Origin: Phycisphaerae bacterium
Lineage (GTDB): Bacteria; Planctomycetota; Phycisphaerae; UBA1845
Direction of reading: 5' to 3'
Length of the DNA stretch: 64,000 bases
Assembly: GCA_963666835.2 (NCBI GenBank)
Contig: CAXXGO010000005.1
Location: 96,001 to 160,000, forward strand
Part shown: positions 41,711 to 52,664 of the stretch, piece after piece
Numbering within the stretch: position 1 is the stretch's first letter
Layout of the letters: each line of letters starts with the position of its first letter
Notes under the pieces: generated by a model
The model's database searches: none
What the model was told of the DNA's origin: nothing
Seen by the model: only the letters and a program-made list of their open reading frames with translations
Program-made: the position numbers and the translations under genes

Positions 41711-43254
41711 GCCTCCTCAGCAGAATTTGTGGTGGATTTTCGGTTCGGGTAGTTTGCCAAGTGCGTGATATAGGGCGACTTCCGCGGCCTTTAGCTCTCG
41801 AAAGCCGTAGGCTCTTCTGATGGTCAGTTTGACCTTGTTGTTGAGTCCCTCCACGATCCCGGACGAATACTGCTTTCTCGCCGCAAACCAATTCAAGATC
41901 AGGTTCTCATGAGCACGCAGACTGCGCGCGACTTTCTTAATCGGTTCAAGCCGGCTGCGCATGGCCCGTTGAATCCACCCCTTCAGAAATCGTCCTGCCC
42001 AGTGGTATGACTCGTAATCCCAGAGCGCCTGGAAGCTGTTCTTGAGCAGGTAGGCCCGGATGCTCTTGAGGTTGTATCGCATCAGTTCGCTGAGCTTGGC
42101 TCCCTGTTTGTTCGTCAGGTTCGCGGGACGCTTCAGCAGGCACCACCGGCTGTGCTTCAGCACCGGGTCGAAACCTTCGCGTGCCAGTTCCTTCGCCTCG
42201 GCCGCCCGGACCTCGTCAACCGCCTTGTTCAGCCTGGCCACGATGTGGAACCGATCCAGAATGTGAATCGCGTCGGGGATCTTCTTCCGGATCACGCGCA
42301 GGTAGGGCTGCCACATATCGCTGCAGACGTAACGGATTCCGGCTGATCGCGGCTTGCCCATCATGCGAAAGAAACGCAGGAAGCTCTTGGCGGTGCGATC
42401 CTGCCCGATCCACAGCAGACGCCGGCACGAGTTCTCAACCTGGTAGACCAACGTCAGATACCGATGTCCTTTTTGGAACTGAATCTCATCGACGCCGATG
42501 GCGGCGACGTTGTCCAAATCCCGGTGTTTCAGGCCGTATTCGACGACCCAGGCAACCGAGCGGTAGACCGTGTCCCAGCTGGTCTTGAACACCGTGGCCA
42601 CCTCTTTCCAACTCAGGCGGCGCGCCCACCGAGCGAGGAACAGCGCGTGAGCGTTGGTGATTCGCTTCTTACCGTCCGCCCAAGGCAACAGTTCGACCTT
42701 CACGCCGCAATCCTCGCACTTGACGCGGCGGGGTGCGTAGAGCATCACAACCGGCAAGGCCCACAGCGGAATGAACGAGAACGATCGTCTCGGCATTCGG
42801 TCGTAGGCCTTGCCTCGGCGGCCGCAACCCGAGCAGAACGGACGGCTGCCGCGTCGCGGCCGGATTTCGACTTCCAGCGTCATGGGATCCGAATCACGGA
42901 ATCGAACGTCTCCGTAGACGAAGCCCTTGACTTTGTGGACGCGATTGAGGATGGTCTTCACTTGCATCGTTCGTTTTCTCCGGGTTGATGTCTTCGCAAA
43001 CACCAATTTACCGGATTCTCGAACGATGCACTTCTTTTGTCCCGGACACAAGCCGGCCTCTGCCCGTTCCATCACGTAAACCAAACGCTGCCTCCAGGCC
43101 CCTGTAGCTCCGTCACCCTCGGCGTCGGTCTCACCCGACTAGGGCCGACGCCGAGGGGGACGGTGCGGAAGGGGCCGCCCCGGACAGCTCCCGAGCCGGA
43201 GGCCGAGGATTACCTCAACCTATGAAATCCTTCCACAGATTCGGCGGAAGAACC
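41711..43254. mobile_element. ISL3-family insertion sequence (1544 bp)
   Basis: Imperfect inverted repeats GCCTCCTCAGCAGAATTTGTGG / GGTTCTTCCGCCGAATCTGTGG; 8-bp TSD ATAATAAT at 41703-41710 and 43255-43262. Confidence 0.92.
41717..42967 (-). CDS. ISL3-family transposase
   Basis: CSGCG/CEDCG zinc finger, IGVDE, CSDMWQPY, DRFHIV, SGIVEGLNNKVK. Confidence 0.96.
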   Translation of the reverse strand: MQVKTILNRVHKVKGFVYGDVRFRDSDPMTLEVEIRPRRGSRPFCSGCGRRGKAYDRMPRRSFSFIPLWALPVVMLYAPRRVKCEDCGVKVELLPWADGKKRITNAHALFLARWARRLSWKEVATVFKTSWDTVYRSVAWVVEYGLKHRDLDNVAAIGVDEIQFQKGHRYLTLVYQVENSCRRLLWIGQDRTAKSFLRFFRMMGKPRSAGIRYVCSDMWQPYLRVIRKKIPDAIHILDRFHIVARLNKAVDEVRAAEAKELAREGFDPVLKHSRWCLLKRPANLTNKQGAKLSELMRYNLKSIRAYLLKNSFQALWDYESYHWAGRFLKGWIQRAMRSRLEPIKKVARSLRAHENLILNWFAARKQYSSGIVEGLNNKVKLTIRRAYGFRELKAAEVALYHALGKLPEPKIHHKFC

Positions 43255-43270
43255 ATAATAATGAAAGTGA

Positions 43271-43855
43271 TCATTGCGATGCGCATAGGGAGAGCTCCGC
43301 CATATAGAGCTGAATAACCTCAAACTGGATGTGCTCAAGCGCTGGGCTGAGTGCAAACTCGCTGGCTATACTCCGCTGGACCTCGTCGGAGTAGCGCGCC
43401 TGAGTTGTGACGATGGTCAGTTTTCCCACGGCATCCGATTCAATCAGGCATGCGCGAACGTGAGAGGCGAGGTTCTCGGTGCAGGTGACGCATATCTCAA
43501 AGGCGTGCACCTGCCCATCGGTGAGCCAGGCAGCATCCACCTGGTGCGACGTTCCGGGCATGATCCACTCGGTTTCGGCCTTATGCCCACGGCGCACACC
43601 AGCCTCTCGGATCGAGGCTGCGAAGTGCCGGTGAGCGATCCCGCCCCGACCCGTGCGGGAGGGCGGCGTTTGGCCGAGCGATTGCCATCCCTCTGGAGTT
43701 GGCTCGATCAGCAGCACGTTCGTGCGAGTGATGCGGACTTGCTCAAAGGTGGCCAACTTGGCGCTCTCGAGTTCCTCCCGGGTGGCCTGCTGGGCCGCCG
43801 GCGGCACCTTACCGATTGCCTGCCATATACGCAGACCATTCAAAGCGTAGCACAT
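43271..43855 (-). pseudogene. Probable 5'-truncated mobile-element protein with a PD-(D/E)xK-like fold
   Basis: GRGGIAHR...QVDAAW...HAFEIC; abrupt N-terminus; overlaps the start of the ISL3-split gene. Confidence 0.5.
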
Positions 43856-44313
43856 GCACTAGGCGTGGACCCTGGCGCGTTTGCCCCGTCCTTCGAGGCC
43901 CGCGAATCACGCGTTGCAGCCTCATCGGCCAAGTCAAGCGTAAGGTCACTGCTGCGAGACGACGCGTTGAGCGGCCTTCACTCCGTTCCGGGCGTCTCCC
44001 GCACTGATGCGCTCCGTGGAGACCACCCCACACCTCGGTTCGCGTTCTCGACACAGAGACCGTGGGATGACGTTCTCGGGAGCCACAGCGACTTCACGAC
44101 GCCCGCGATCTCGATTCGCTGGCCAGCCCCGATAATCAGGGCATTCTCGGCCCGGCCGGTCAAGGCGGAGTTCTCAGATGGCACCCCTGAGCACGACGCC
44201 TTCTCGTAACCACCTCGGCAGATCATGCCGATACACCTTGTGTAACGGGAGTAGTAAGACTACAATAACCTTGGATTTTGGGAGCACGGGTGCCGATTGG
44301 GAGGCCTTAAGCA

Positions 44314-45621
44314 ATGAAGCGTGCCATAAGCGAGCAGCTCCTGGCGTGGAAGAACCGGCCCCGGCGCAAGCCGCTGATTCTCCGCGGGGCTCGGCAGGTC
44401 GGCAAGACCTGGTCCGTCATGGACTTCGGCCGGCACCACTTCGAGGGTACGGTTCACCTGGTCGATCTGGAGAAACGGCCAGACTACCACCGCATCTTCG
44501 AGGCAGACCTCGAATCGAAGCGAATCCTCTCGGAACTCGAAGTCCTGCTAAACGCGCGGATCGTTCCCGGCAAGGACCTACTGTTCTTTGATGAGATCCA
44601 AAGTTGCCCGCGAGCGATCAGAGCCCTGCGCTATTTCTACGAGGACTGTCCCGAGCTTCATGTGATCGCGGCCGGTTCACTGCTTGAGTTCGCTATGCAG
44701 GATCTGTCGTTCCCGGTTGGCCGCGTGCAATTCATGAACATGGTCCCGATGAGCTTCCCGGAATACTTGTTCGCGATGGGCAAGAACGTCGCCGCAGAGA
44801 CAGTCCTTGCCGAGCCGAAGCCGCAGCCTGAAGCGGTTCATCGCATGTTGCTGGGTGAGTTGCGTTGTTACTTGTTCGTCGGTGGGATGCCGGAATGCGT
44901 CAAGGCCTACGCGGATACGAACAGCATGCATGATGCGTTCGATGTACAGGCGGAACTCGCCAACGCCTACCGTCAAGACTTCTCGAAGTACGCACCACAT
45001 GCGGACAAGCAATGCCTGAACGCGGTGTTTTCTTCGGCAGCCAGATCGGTTGGTCAGCAGATCAAGTATTCACGTTTGGCAGAGGACTATACGCACAAGA
45101 CGATCAAGAAGGCATTCGATTTGCTGTGCCTTGCTCAGGTGATGCGTAGGGTGCCCGCTGCAACGCCGGCTGGTTTGCCGTTGGGCGCGTCAGCTTCTGC
45201 CCGCAGATTCAAGGCGTTGATGGTGGATGTCGGTCTGATGCAGCACCTATGCGGCATGCCAGTAGACATCGAATACGCCAAGACGGACTTGCTTGAAATC
45301 CACGCCGGTGCGATGGCGGAACAGTTCGTTGGGCAAGAGCTCCTCGCCGCCGGCCAGGAGCTTCACTACTGGGCACGAAGTGCCAAGAGCAGCACGGCCG
45401 AGGTGGATTTCTTGATAGTGACCCATGATGCAATCTGCCCAATCGAGGTTAAGAGCGGCGCGTCTGGCCGACTGCGGAGTCTGCATATGCTGCTTGAAGC
45501 CTATGAGAACTGCCCGCGCGGGTATGTGTTTTCCACAGCCAGATACTCGGAATTGCCTGAGCAGAAGCTCGTCTTCCTGCCGTTGTATCATGCGTTCAGC
45601 GTTGGGCTGCCCAGCCGGTGA
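44314..45621 (+). CDS. AAA_14 + DUF4143 ATP-binding protein
   Basis: LRGARQVGKT, FFDEIQ, VGGMPE, EVDF...PIEVKSG. Confidence 0.93.
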   Translation: MKRAISEQLLAWKNRPRRKPLILRGARQVGKTWSVMDFGRHHFEGTVHLVDLEKRPDYHRIFEADLESKRILSELEVLLNARIVPGKDLLFFDEIQSCPRAIRALRYFYEDCPELHVIAAGSLLEFAMQDLSFPVGRVQFMNMVPMSFPEYLFAMGKNVAAETVLAEPKPQPEAVHRMLLGELRCYLFVGGMPECVKAYADTNSMHDAFDVQAELANAYRQDFSKYAPHADKQCLNAVFSSAARSVGQQIKYSRLAEDYTHKTIKKAFDLLCLAQVMRRVPAATPAGLPLGASASARRFKALMVDVGLMQHLCGMPVDIEYAKTDLLEIHAGAMAEQFVGQELLAAGQELHYWARSAKSSTAEVDFLIVTHDAICPIEVKSGASGRLRSLHMLLEAYENCPRGYVFSTARYSELPEQKLVFLPLYHAFSVGLPSR

Positions 45622-45843
45622 TTTCGACCGGGAAAAGAGAATGGTGTGCGAGGCCTGCCCATGGGAAACGACGGGCCCGCTCATAACACATTCGAGGAGT
45701 TCGTGCATATCTTGCGGATACCCCTCTTTCGAGCACCACCGACCGAATGCCGCTTTCTGTGCAACGTGCGGGCGATCGCTTGGCAGCGCATAGGCAGCAC
45801 GCGATGCGAGTGAAGCCGTCCGCCGCGCCGTCAGGAGGAAACG

Positions 45844-46275
45844 ATGGCGTTCGGAGCCGTCCAACGTTACGATACTGAGAACCGAGCAAACAGTGGGCTC
45901 AAGGACAAGGATCTACGCCTTGTCCCGCTACCCGCCCAGGCAGTGAACGTGCTCACCGAGCTCCAGCTTGCGGCAGCCGATGGGCAGCAGTACGTCGTCG
46001 TCAACGGCAACGGACCGGACGCCGGCGATCGCGTGAAGCGTCAGAACATCACCCGCGACTTCCGCGTAATCTGCCGTCGAGGTGGAGTGCCACGATGTAA
46101 GTTCCACGACCTGCGTAAGAGCTACTGCACTAACATCGCCCAGGTGACACCGCTGCACGTTGTCCAACAGCTTGCCGGGCACGCGGACATCCGCACGACG
46201 CAGAAGCACTACCTTCAGGTGCAGCCGGAACTCATTGATGCGGCGCGCCACGCGGTTGAGGAGGTGCTCAAATGA
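45844..46275 (+). pseudogene. Tyrosine integrase C-terminal fragment
   Basis: FHDLRKSY...LAGHADIRTTQKHY; N-terminal domains and first catalytic Arg absent; next to the tRNA-Gly 3' end. Confidence 0.85.
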
Positions 46276-46405
46276 GCGGGCGAATCCTCACTGACCCACT
46301 TCTGACCCACTCTCTCGAAAACGCGGTTTTTCTCGGACCTTGGCGAGAGACGCATGAAAAAGGCATGAGTCATAAACCCATGCCTAGTAACGGTTTAGCT
46401 TTGAA

Positions 46406-46477
<72 letters not shown>

Positions 46478-46729
46478 AAATGCGGTTTACCGCTGCGTTT
46501 TGGTTGAACCGGGGCGACGGGGCGTCCGGCATTAACCGGATGCACTGCGCCGCCGCGTTCACCTCTTGCACCACAAAGTACTGATTCGGCGATGGAAATC
46601 AAGCCTCAAGACCTGGAAACTCAAGCGACACCCCGCCGCTTCCGCCGCACGCGGGCCACTATCGCGTGTGCAGACTCGGCGATCGTCAGACGCGTCGCGC
46701 GCAGTTCTGCCGGACGCAGGCGCGTTCAC

Positions 46730-48397
46730 TCAGGAAGCCGCTTCGACCTTCTCCAGCACATTACGAACCTTACGCAGCAATCCCTGTCGGGTGAAAGGCT
46801 TCTCGAGAAACTCGACGCCCTCCTCCAGCACGCCGTGGTGGGCAATGACATCGGAGGCATAGCCGGAGATAAACAACGTCCGCAAGCCGGGACGCACGAC
46901 ACCTACACGGTCGGACAGCATCCGCCCGTTCATGTCCGGCACAATCACGTCGGTGATTAGCAGATCAAGCGTACCGACGTGGGCGTCGACCGCCGCGAGT
47001 GCCTCCTCTGCACGGCCGGCCGTGATCACCTGGTACCCGCCCGCCCGCAGCGTCTCGGCGATCAGTTCCCGTACAGGATCGTCGTCTTCACACAGCAGAA
47101 TGGTCTCGTGACCGCCCGGAGTGGCAATCGGCTGCTGTGCCGGCGCTTCGTCGGCCGGCGCCTGGTCGATCGCCGGCAAATAGATCTTGAACGTCGTGCC
47201 CTGCCCAGGTTCGCTCTCGACCATGATATGTCCGCCGGACTGCTTCACGATACCGTGTACGGTAGAGAGCCCCAATCCGGTGCCCTTGTCCGTAGGCTTC
47301 GTTGTGAAGAAAGGCTCGAAGATCCTCTCGCGTGTCGCCGCATCCATTCCGTGCCCGGTGTCACTGACGGCCAGCAGCACATGAGGGCCCGTCTGAGCTT
47401 CGACGTCGCTACGCGTGCATTCCTCGTCGAGTATCACGTTCCGCGTCTCGAGCGTCAGCCGGCCGCCGTTTGGCATCGCATGCACTGCGTTGACGACCAG
47501 ATTGACGACCACCTGCTCGATGCGGCCGGCATCCGCCCGTATCGAGCGCAACTGAGGGTCGGCCACAAGGTTGAACTCGATGTCCTCACTGATCAGTCGC
47601 CGCAGCATCTTATCCAGACCTGTCAAAGTGCTGTTCAGGCTGAGCACTCGAGGCTGCGTGACATCCCGGTGGCTAAAGGCCAGCAATTGCCTGGTAAGCG
47701 CGGACGCCCGCCGGGCGGCTTCATCGATCTGTTCCATCGAATGCACGACGTTGTGCTCGGCGCCCAAAGCGTTCCGAACCTTCTCGACGCTCAACTGGAT
47801 GTTGCCTATGATCACCGTGAGAATGTTGTTGAAGTCGTGCGCGACGCCGCCGGCCAGTTGCCCCACGGCCTCCAGCTTCTGCGCTTGACGAAGCTGGGCC
47901 TCTAATCCCCGTCGTTCGGCCTCGGCTTGCTTACGGGCGGTGATGTCGACACAGACACCTGTCATGCGGCTCGGCCGGCCCTGCGGATTGACAAACGTCA
48001 TTCCGCGAATCTCGATCCAACCGCGTTCGCCGTCGCCGCGGACGATCTCGTGTTCGTAGTTGATCACGGCTGACTCGTTCGCATCGGACAGGAACTGCTC
48101 AACAAACGCGTCCACCTCTACGCGACGTTCCGGCGCAACGAAACCCAAGTAATCCTTGTACGTTCCGCCGAAGTCCTCTGCGGACACTCCGAAGATCCTC
48201 AGCGTCTCCGGCGACCACATAACTTGATGCCGCTCGATGTCCCACTCCCAGGTTCCCATGCGCGACGCTTGCATGGCTAGCCGCAATCGTTCGGTGCTCT
48301 CTTTCAGAGTCTTTTCGGCCGACTTGAGTTCGGTGATGTCGTACCCCTCCGCAATAATGGCTCGGACACCGCCGTCCGGATCACGCATAGGACGCAT
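46730..48397 (-). CDS. PAS-containing hybrid histidine kinase/receiver, apparently 5'-truncated
   Basis: GGVAHDFNNIL, FEPFFTTK, GTGLGL, REC domain; PAS-like sequence continues upstream in frame to a stop at ~48510. Confidence 0.9.
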   Translation of the reverse strand: MRPMRDPDGGVRAIIAEGYDITELKSAEKTLKESTERLRLAMQASRMGTWEWDIERHQVMWSPETLRIFGVSAEDFGGTYKDYLGFVAPERRVEVDAFVEQFLSDANESAVINYEHEIVRGDGERGWIEIRGMTFVNPQGRPSRMTGVCVDITARKQAEAERRGLEAQLRQAQKLEAVGQLAGGVAHDFNNILTVIIGNIQLSVEKVRNALGAEHNVVHSMEQIDEAARRASALTRQLLAFSHRDVTQPRVLSLNSTLTGLDKMLRRLISEDIEFNLVADPQLRSIRADAGRIEQVVVNLVVNAVHAMPNGGRLTLETRNVILDEECTRSDVEAQTGPHVLLAVSDTGHGMDAATRERIFEPFFTTKPTDKGTGLGLSTVHGIVKQSGGHIMVESEPGQGTTFKIYLPAIDQAPADEAPAQQPIATPGGHETILLCEDDDPVRELIAETLRAGGYQVITAGRAEEALAAVDAHVGTLDLLITDVIVPDMNGRMLSDRVGVVRPGLRTLFISGYASDVIAHHGVLEEGVEFLEKPFTRQGLLRKVRNVLEKVEAAS

Positions 48398-48727
48398 CGA
48401 AAAGTCAAAGGTGTGAATCTGATCGTTCGTGTCGGGGTGCGTTGCTTCGAAACGTACGAACTCGCCGGCCGCCGTGCGTTCGACCTCTGAGGTTGGGACG
48501 CGGGGGGATTAGCGTTTCGGTTTGCGGCGGTTTCGGCGGCGGTCGGCGTGGCGGGTCTCCTGCCTGCGGGATTACCCGTTGTCGGATTCCCCGGCAATCC
48601 AACCGCGTGAATCAATACCCGCCCCAGATAGCCGAGCAGTCGAGAATGGCACTGGTGGGCGTTTGCGTCCCCGTCGTGGCTTGCCGGAACTGCCGGAATG
48701 GGCCATACTGGCCCGGGATCGACGTTC

Positions 48728-48800
48728 GCCACCGTAGCTCAGTTGGCAGAGCAGCGGTTTTGTAAACCGCAGGTCAACGGTTCGAGTCCGTTCGGTGGCT
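48728..48800 (+). tRNA. tRNA-Thr(TGT)
   Basis: GCCACCG/CGGTGGC stem, gcggt-ttTGTaa-accgc, GTTCGAG. Confidence 0.96.
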
Positions 48801-49084
48801 TTGTAAACCATTGTAGCATCAAGAGTTATGATACCCAGGGCAAGCCGCTGATTACTGTGCGCTGAGTATGCATGATTCATCCACCCGGCTTGTTCTCTGC
48901 TGCTGCGCCGTCAAACCCCCAGAATCGCCCCGCAGTCATCTTTGCGGCTCGTTTCCGGCCGCGCCCATCGATTTAACGGGCGAGCGGTTCCCCCCCTTCA
49001 CCTGCGGTTACTTCGGCTCCGTCGGGTGGCCTCGGCTTTGCGGAATCCGGCGCCGAGCCCCACACCGATTCGCGTGCCCGCGCT

Positions 49085-49951
49085 TCAGTCATCAGATGAC
49101 CGGTCCTGCGCGGCGCCGGTCATCGGTACGAATCGCACAGGTATCAGCTCCTCGCGGTGCGGAGTGCCCATATCATCCTTCGTGACAACGATGAGTCTCT
49201 GTACGGCGTGCGCACCGCCCACGGGTATGCACATGCGTCCGCCCGGCTTCAGTTGCTCGATTAGCTTGGGTGGAATGCGATCCGGCGCGCACGTCACGAT
49301 GATGGCATCAAACGGAGCATGCTCGGGCCAGCCCGCGTACCCATCACCGATCCGAACTCGAATACCCTCGTAACCGTGCCGCTCGAACGTGGCAAGCGCC
49401 CGGCGGGCCAGCGGCTCGACGATCTCGATCGTGAATACATGCGGCGTTATCTCAGACAGCACGGCCGCCTGATAACCCGAGCCGGTGCCGATCTCCAGCA
49501 CTTTCGAATCCGGCGTAACATGCAACGCCTCCGTCATCAACGCCACAATGTAAGGCTGCGAGATCGTCTGCCCTTCGCCAATCGGCAAAGGGCGATCGGC
49601 GTACGCGAGACGTTGCCAGTCATCCGGCACGAACCAATGACGCGGAACGGTCCGCATGGCCGCCAGGACGCGCGGGTCGTCAATGCCGCGAGCTTCGATC
49701 TGCCGATCGACCATCTCCTGTCGCTCGGCCGCGTACTCATCCGGCTGCTTCTTCCGGACGGCGTCGTTGCCTTGCGCCGAGGGTGCCGCCGGCAGTTTCT
49801 GCTCCCGTGCCAGACCGGAACTTCGTCCACCGGGCGGGTCGTTCTGTTCGCAGGCGGGAATCAGCCCCAAGCCGAAGGCCATGACGAGAAGCACCGGGGC
49901 GGCCGGGGCAGTATCGCAACGAGCACGAGATGACGTGAATAGAGTCAACAT
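49085..49951 (-). CDS. pcm: Protein-L-isoaspartate O-methyltransferase
   Basis: AYADRPLPIGEGQTISQPY, VLEIGTGSGYQAA, APFDAIIVT; start uncertain. Confidence 0.93.
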   Translation of the reverse strand: MLTLFTSSRARCDTAPAAPVLLVMAFGLGLIPACEQNDPPGGRSSGLAREQKLPAAPSAQGNDAVRKKQPDEYAAERQEMVDRQIEARGIDDPRVLAAMRTVPRHWFVPDDWQRLAYADRPLPIGEGQTISQPYIVALMTEALHVTPDSKVLEIGTGSGYQAAVLSEITPHVFTIEIVEPLARRALATFERHGYEGIRVRIGDGYAGWPEHAPFDAIIVTCAPDRIPPKLIEQLKPGGRMCIPVGGAHAVQRLIVVTKDDMGTPHREELIPVRFVPMTGAAQDRSSDD

Positions 49952-49959
49952 GATGAGCT

Positions 49960-50200
49960 ACATTGTCACCGTCCGTCACGTTTTCGGCAACGCGGGTCAG
50001 CCGGCCCGACGCGTCAAAGTTCCACGTCCGCCCCACACCGTTCGAGCCCGACACGAACGAAGACCGAGTGGAATCAAGTTCCCCCCGATCCGCAGTGACC
50101 CGCCGGTTTAGCCGGTCGTAGCGGTAGAGGTAAGATCGATCATCGTGCCCGGCCTGCGCGACCTCGGTGTAGGTACGGTTGCCGGCCGTGCTCTCCCGGA
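49960..50200 (-). pseudogene. Isolated Rhs core remnant
   Basis: Manual translation: AGNRTYTEVAQAGHDDRSYLYRYDRLNRRVTADRGELDSTRSSFVSGSNGVGRTWNFDASGRLTRV; ~70 bp near-identical to 38040-38113. Confidence 0.8.
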
Positions 50201-50321
50201 AACCGTTAACCGTTTCAGCCTACCCACGCTGGGTATAGTCGAACGCCAAAATGCCAACCACAGTGTCCGGGACTCCGTCCATGTACCCCTGAACCCGGTA
50301 CCGGAGGAGCGACGCGGCCGT

Positions 50322-50472
50322 AATCCGTATGGTGTCCCCGGAATTCCCGTATGGTGTCCCCCGAATTCCCCCCAAATTCCCACCCCCGAATTCCCAGCGA
50401 AATCAATCTGGTGTTCCCCGAATCGTCGCGAGACGCTAGTCGGCGGAAATCAGTGATGTCCCCTGTTCTCCC
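50322..50472. repeat. Inverted copy of the GGGGACAC repeats plus the ~70-bp GGGACATCACT element
   Basis: atggtgtcccc(c/g)gaattc x2, and the reverse complement of 35373-35445 at 50400-50472. Confidence 0.85.
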
Positions 50473-51482
50473 CCTGCTTTGAGTACGCCCGCCAGCGCTA
50501 CAGAAAGAACGGCCGGGCGGCCTGTGGGATCGACAATATCAAGGATGCCATCCGACCGCTGTACGAGCTGTAGAGAGCCGAAGAGCCCGGCGGGTTTGGC
50601 CCGGCAGGCTTGGAAGCCGGGCGGTCTTTGTCAGCCCGCGGGTACAACGGTTTCGTCAGCCGTTTCTACGTAATCCCGCGGCCCTTCTTTGGCGGGTCTC
50701 GTTCCGCGGCGCGGCTGGACAAGAACGTCCCGGGCACGGTATTGGTCAGAGTCAGCGGTCTTATCGAGGCGGTGCGATCTTGAGGTTACCAAATGCTCGT
50801 CAACGGTGGCAAGGCGGTCGTGAGCGCTCAGGCCGGCAGTAGGGGGGCTTGCTACGGTCGGCGATGTTGCTCTCGTTTATCGATTCCGATTGCAGGGTGC
50901 ATGGAATGTGAGATGGGGACTATCGTGCAGAAGACGGCGGCGGGTTGTCCGGGCTTTGGGGGCGGGGTATAATCTACAGGATCGGCGGTGGGTGAGTGGA
51001 GACTCTTCCCCTTCCGGAGCGACTTGTCCACCGCGGGTTCCTTTTGTGTCAGCTCAGTGTCAGCAAGTTTCGGGGTGAATCGGCATAATGTGCCGGGCTC
51101 TCGGCACCCCACGTGCATTCTGCGCGTGCTCAGCAGCCGGGTGGACTACCTTGTCTTAACGAGCATTCCAGGCGTATCGGCGCCGATGATATCCAGCGGT
51201 TTGTCCGGGGAAGATGCTTCGAAAGGGGCGACCACCAGGTAATACGCCGCCCAACGAGGTTGGGACGACAGCCGTTGAATCCCGAGGTGTCATTCAGTAT
51301 CATTATGGTTCCTGAACGGGGCGCGGCAGTGTCTTAGCGGTGGCGCTGCTCATGGAGCGGGATGCGAAGGAAGGACTATACGGTCGGCGGTGTGCTACGT
51401 CGGCGGTCCGGTGTCGGCGGGGGGGCAGTCGAGCGAAGTGCGGAGCGTTAACGACCTGAAGACTATATCGGAGGGCGGATAC

Positions 51483-52664
51483 ATGGCGCGTTGCAGCACG
51501 TTGGCGGTGGTTTTCCTGACGGTGGTTCCGGCAAGCGGTGCAGACCTGGCGGACTTCGCGGAGTTTCAGCGTTGTCTTGGTCCGGAGCCGGATGTTCTTT
51601 GCCGGATGATGTTTGATTGCGACAACGTCGACGGACGGATCGACCTGGAGGATTACATCACTTTCTACGCAAGGTTTACCGGCCAGGACGTTCCGCCGTG
51701 CGGCATGGTGGCGGTTTCCGACGGCGAGTTCGAGATGGGAGACCCGTGGGGGGAGGGCTACAGCGATGAGCTGCCGGTTCACCGTGTTTACCTTGGAGAC
51801 TATGCCATCGACCGGTACGAGGTAACGAACGAGCATTACGCGGCGGCGCTGAATCGGGCAATCTCCCAGGGTGGGTTGATTACGGTGCTCAACGGCGTTG
51901 TCTATCAATACGGCAGCAGGGGGCGGTGTCCGTATTGCGATACGTACGCACACGATAACGATAGTAGGATCCATTGGGACGGGGCGGTGTTTTCGGTAAC
52001 GCCGGGGAAGGAAGACCACCCGATGGTCGAAGTGAGCTGGTATGGGGCGGCAGCGTACTGTAACTGGCGTAGCGAAATGGAAGGCAGGCCGCGGTGCTAT
52101 GACCTGTCGGCGTGGACGTGCGACTTCGGCGCGGCCGGTTACCGTTTGCCGACTGAGGCGGAGTGGGCGAAGGCGGCCGGCTGGGATCCCGATCAGGGTC
52201 TGCACCTTCGGTTCGGGGAGCACACCGACGGCTGCGGTTGCGATTGCCTGGACGGGGGGCGGGCGAACTACTTCAATAGCGGCGACCCGTTCGAGTCCGG
52301 GGATTATCCGTGGACTACTCCGAGAGGCTTTTTCAACGGCGAACTTCACCGCAGGGTAGACTTCGGCTGGCCGGGATCGGGCAGTCTGGAGAGCTATCAA
52401 TCTCAGAATGCGAAGAGCTACTACGGCTGCTATGACCTGAGCGGGAACGTCTGGGAGTGGTGCAACGATTGGTTCGGCGTTGGTTATTATGCGACCAGCC
52501 CGTATGACGACCCGCCGGGACCGGAGAGTGGGACGTATCGCATGTTACGCGGCGGTGGCTGGAACAGCGATCCTGGCGACTGCCGTTCGGCTTTTCGCGG
52601 ATGGTACACGTCCGACAGCCGCACCAGCTCGTACGGGTTTCGCTGTGCGGCGGGGGCTCGGTGA
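51483..52664 (+). CDS. Secreted FGE-sulfatase domain protein with dockerin/EF-hand-like N-terminus
   Basis: GGAGGG RBS; DLADFAEFQRC, DGRIDLEDY; YRLPTEAEWAKAA, DLSGNVWEWCND, RGGGW, GFRCA. Confidence 0.9.
   Translation: MARCSTLAVVFLTVVPASGADLADFAEFQRCLGPEPDVLCRMMFDCDNVDGRIDLEDYITFYARFTGQDVPPCGMVAVSDGEFEMGDPWGEGYSDELPVHRVYLGDYAIDRYEVTNEHYAAALNRAISQGGLITVLNGVVYQYGSRGRCPYCDTYAHDNDSRIHWDGAVFSVTPGKEDHPMVEVSWYGAAAYCNWRSEMEGRPRCYDLSAWTCDFGAAGYRLPTEAEWAKAAGWDPDQGLHLRFGEHTDGCGCDCLDGGRANYFNSGDPFESGDYPWTTPRGFFNGELHRRVDFGWPGSGSLESYQSQNAKSYYGCYDLSGNVWEWCNDWFGVGYYATSPYDDPPGPESGTYRMLRGGGWNSDPGDCRSAFRGWYTSDSRTSSYGFRCAAGAR

Larger units (their letters stand above)
41528..43286 (-). pseudogene. Small two-TM membrane protein gene split by ISL3
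   Basis: Removing the IS and one TSD gives MRIAMITFIIIIAAALIGQIRGDAEFPISHILPFMGGNPPDFWFDGGALVLIVITAWGIKRLGRRGKR*. Confidence 0.7.

Noticed and set aside
51483..52664. DGR target (FGE/CLec C-terminus)
   Set aside because: No template-repeat copy differing at adenines and no reverse transcriptase seen in the window; a remote DGR cannot be excluded
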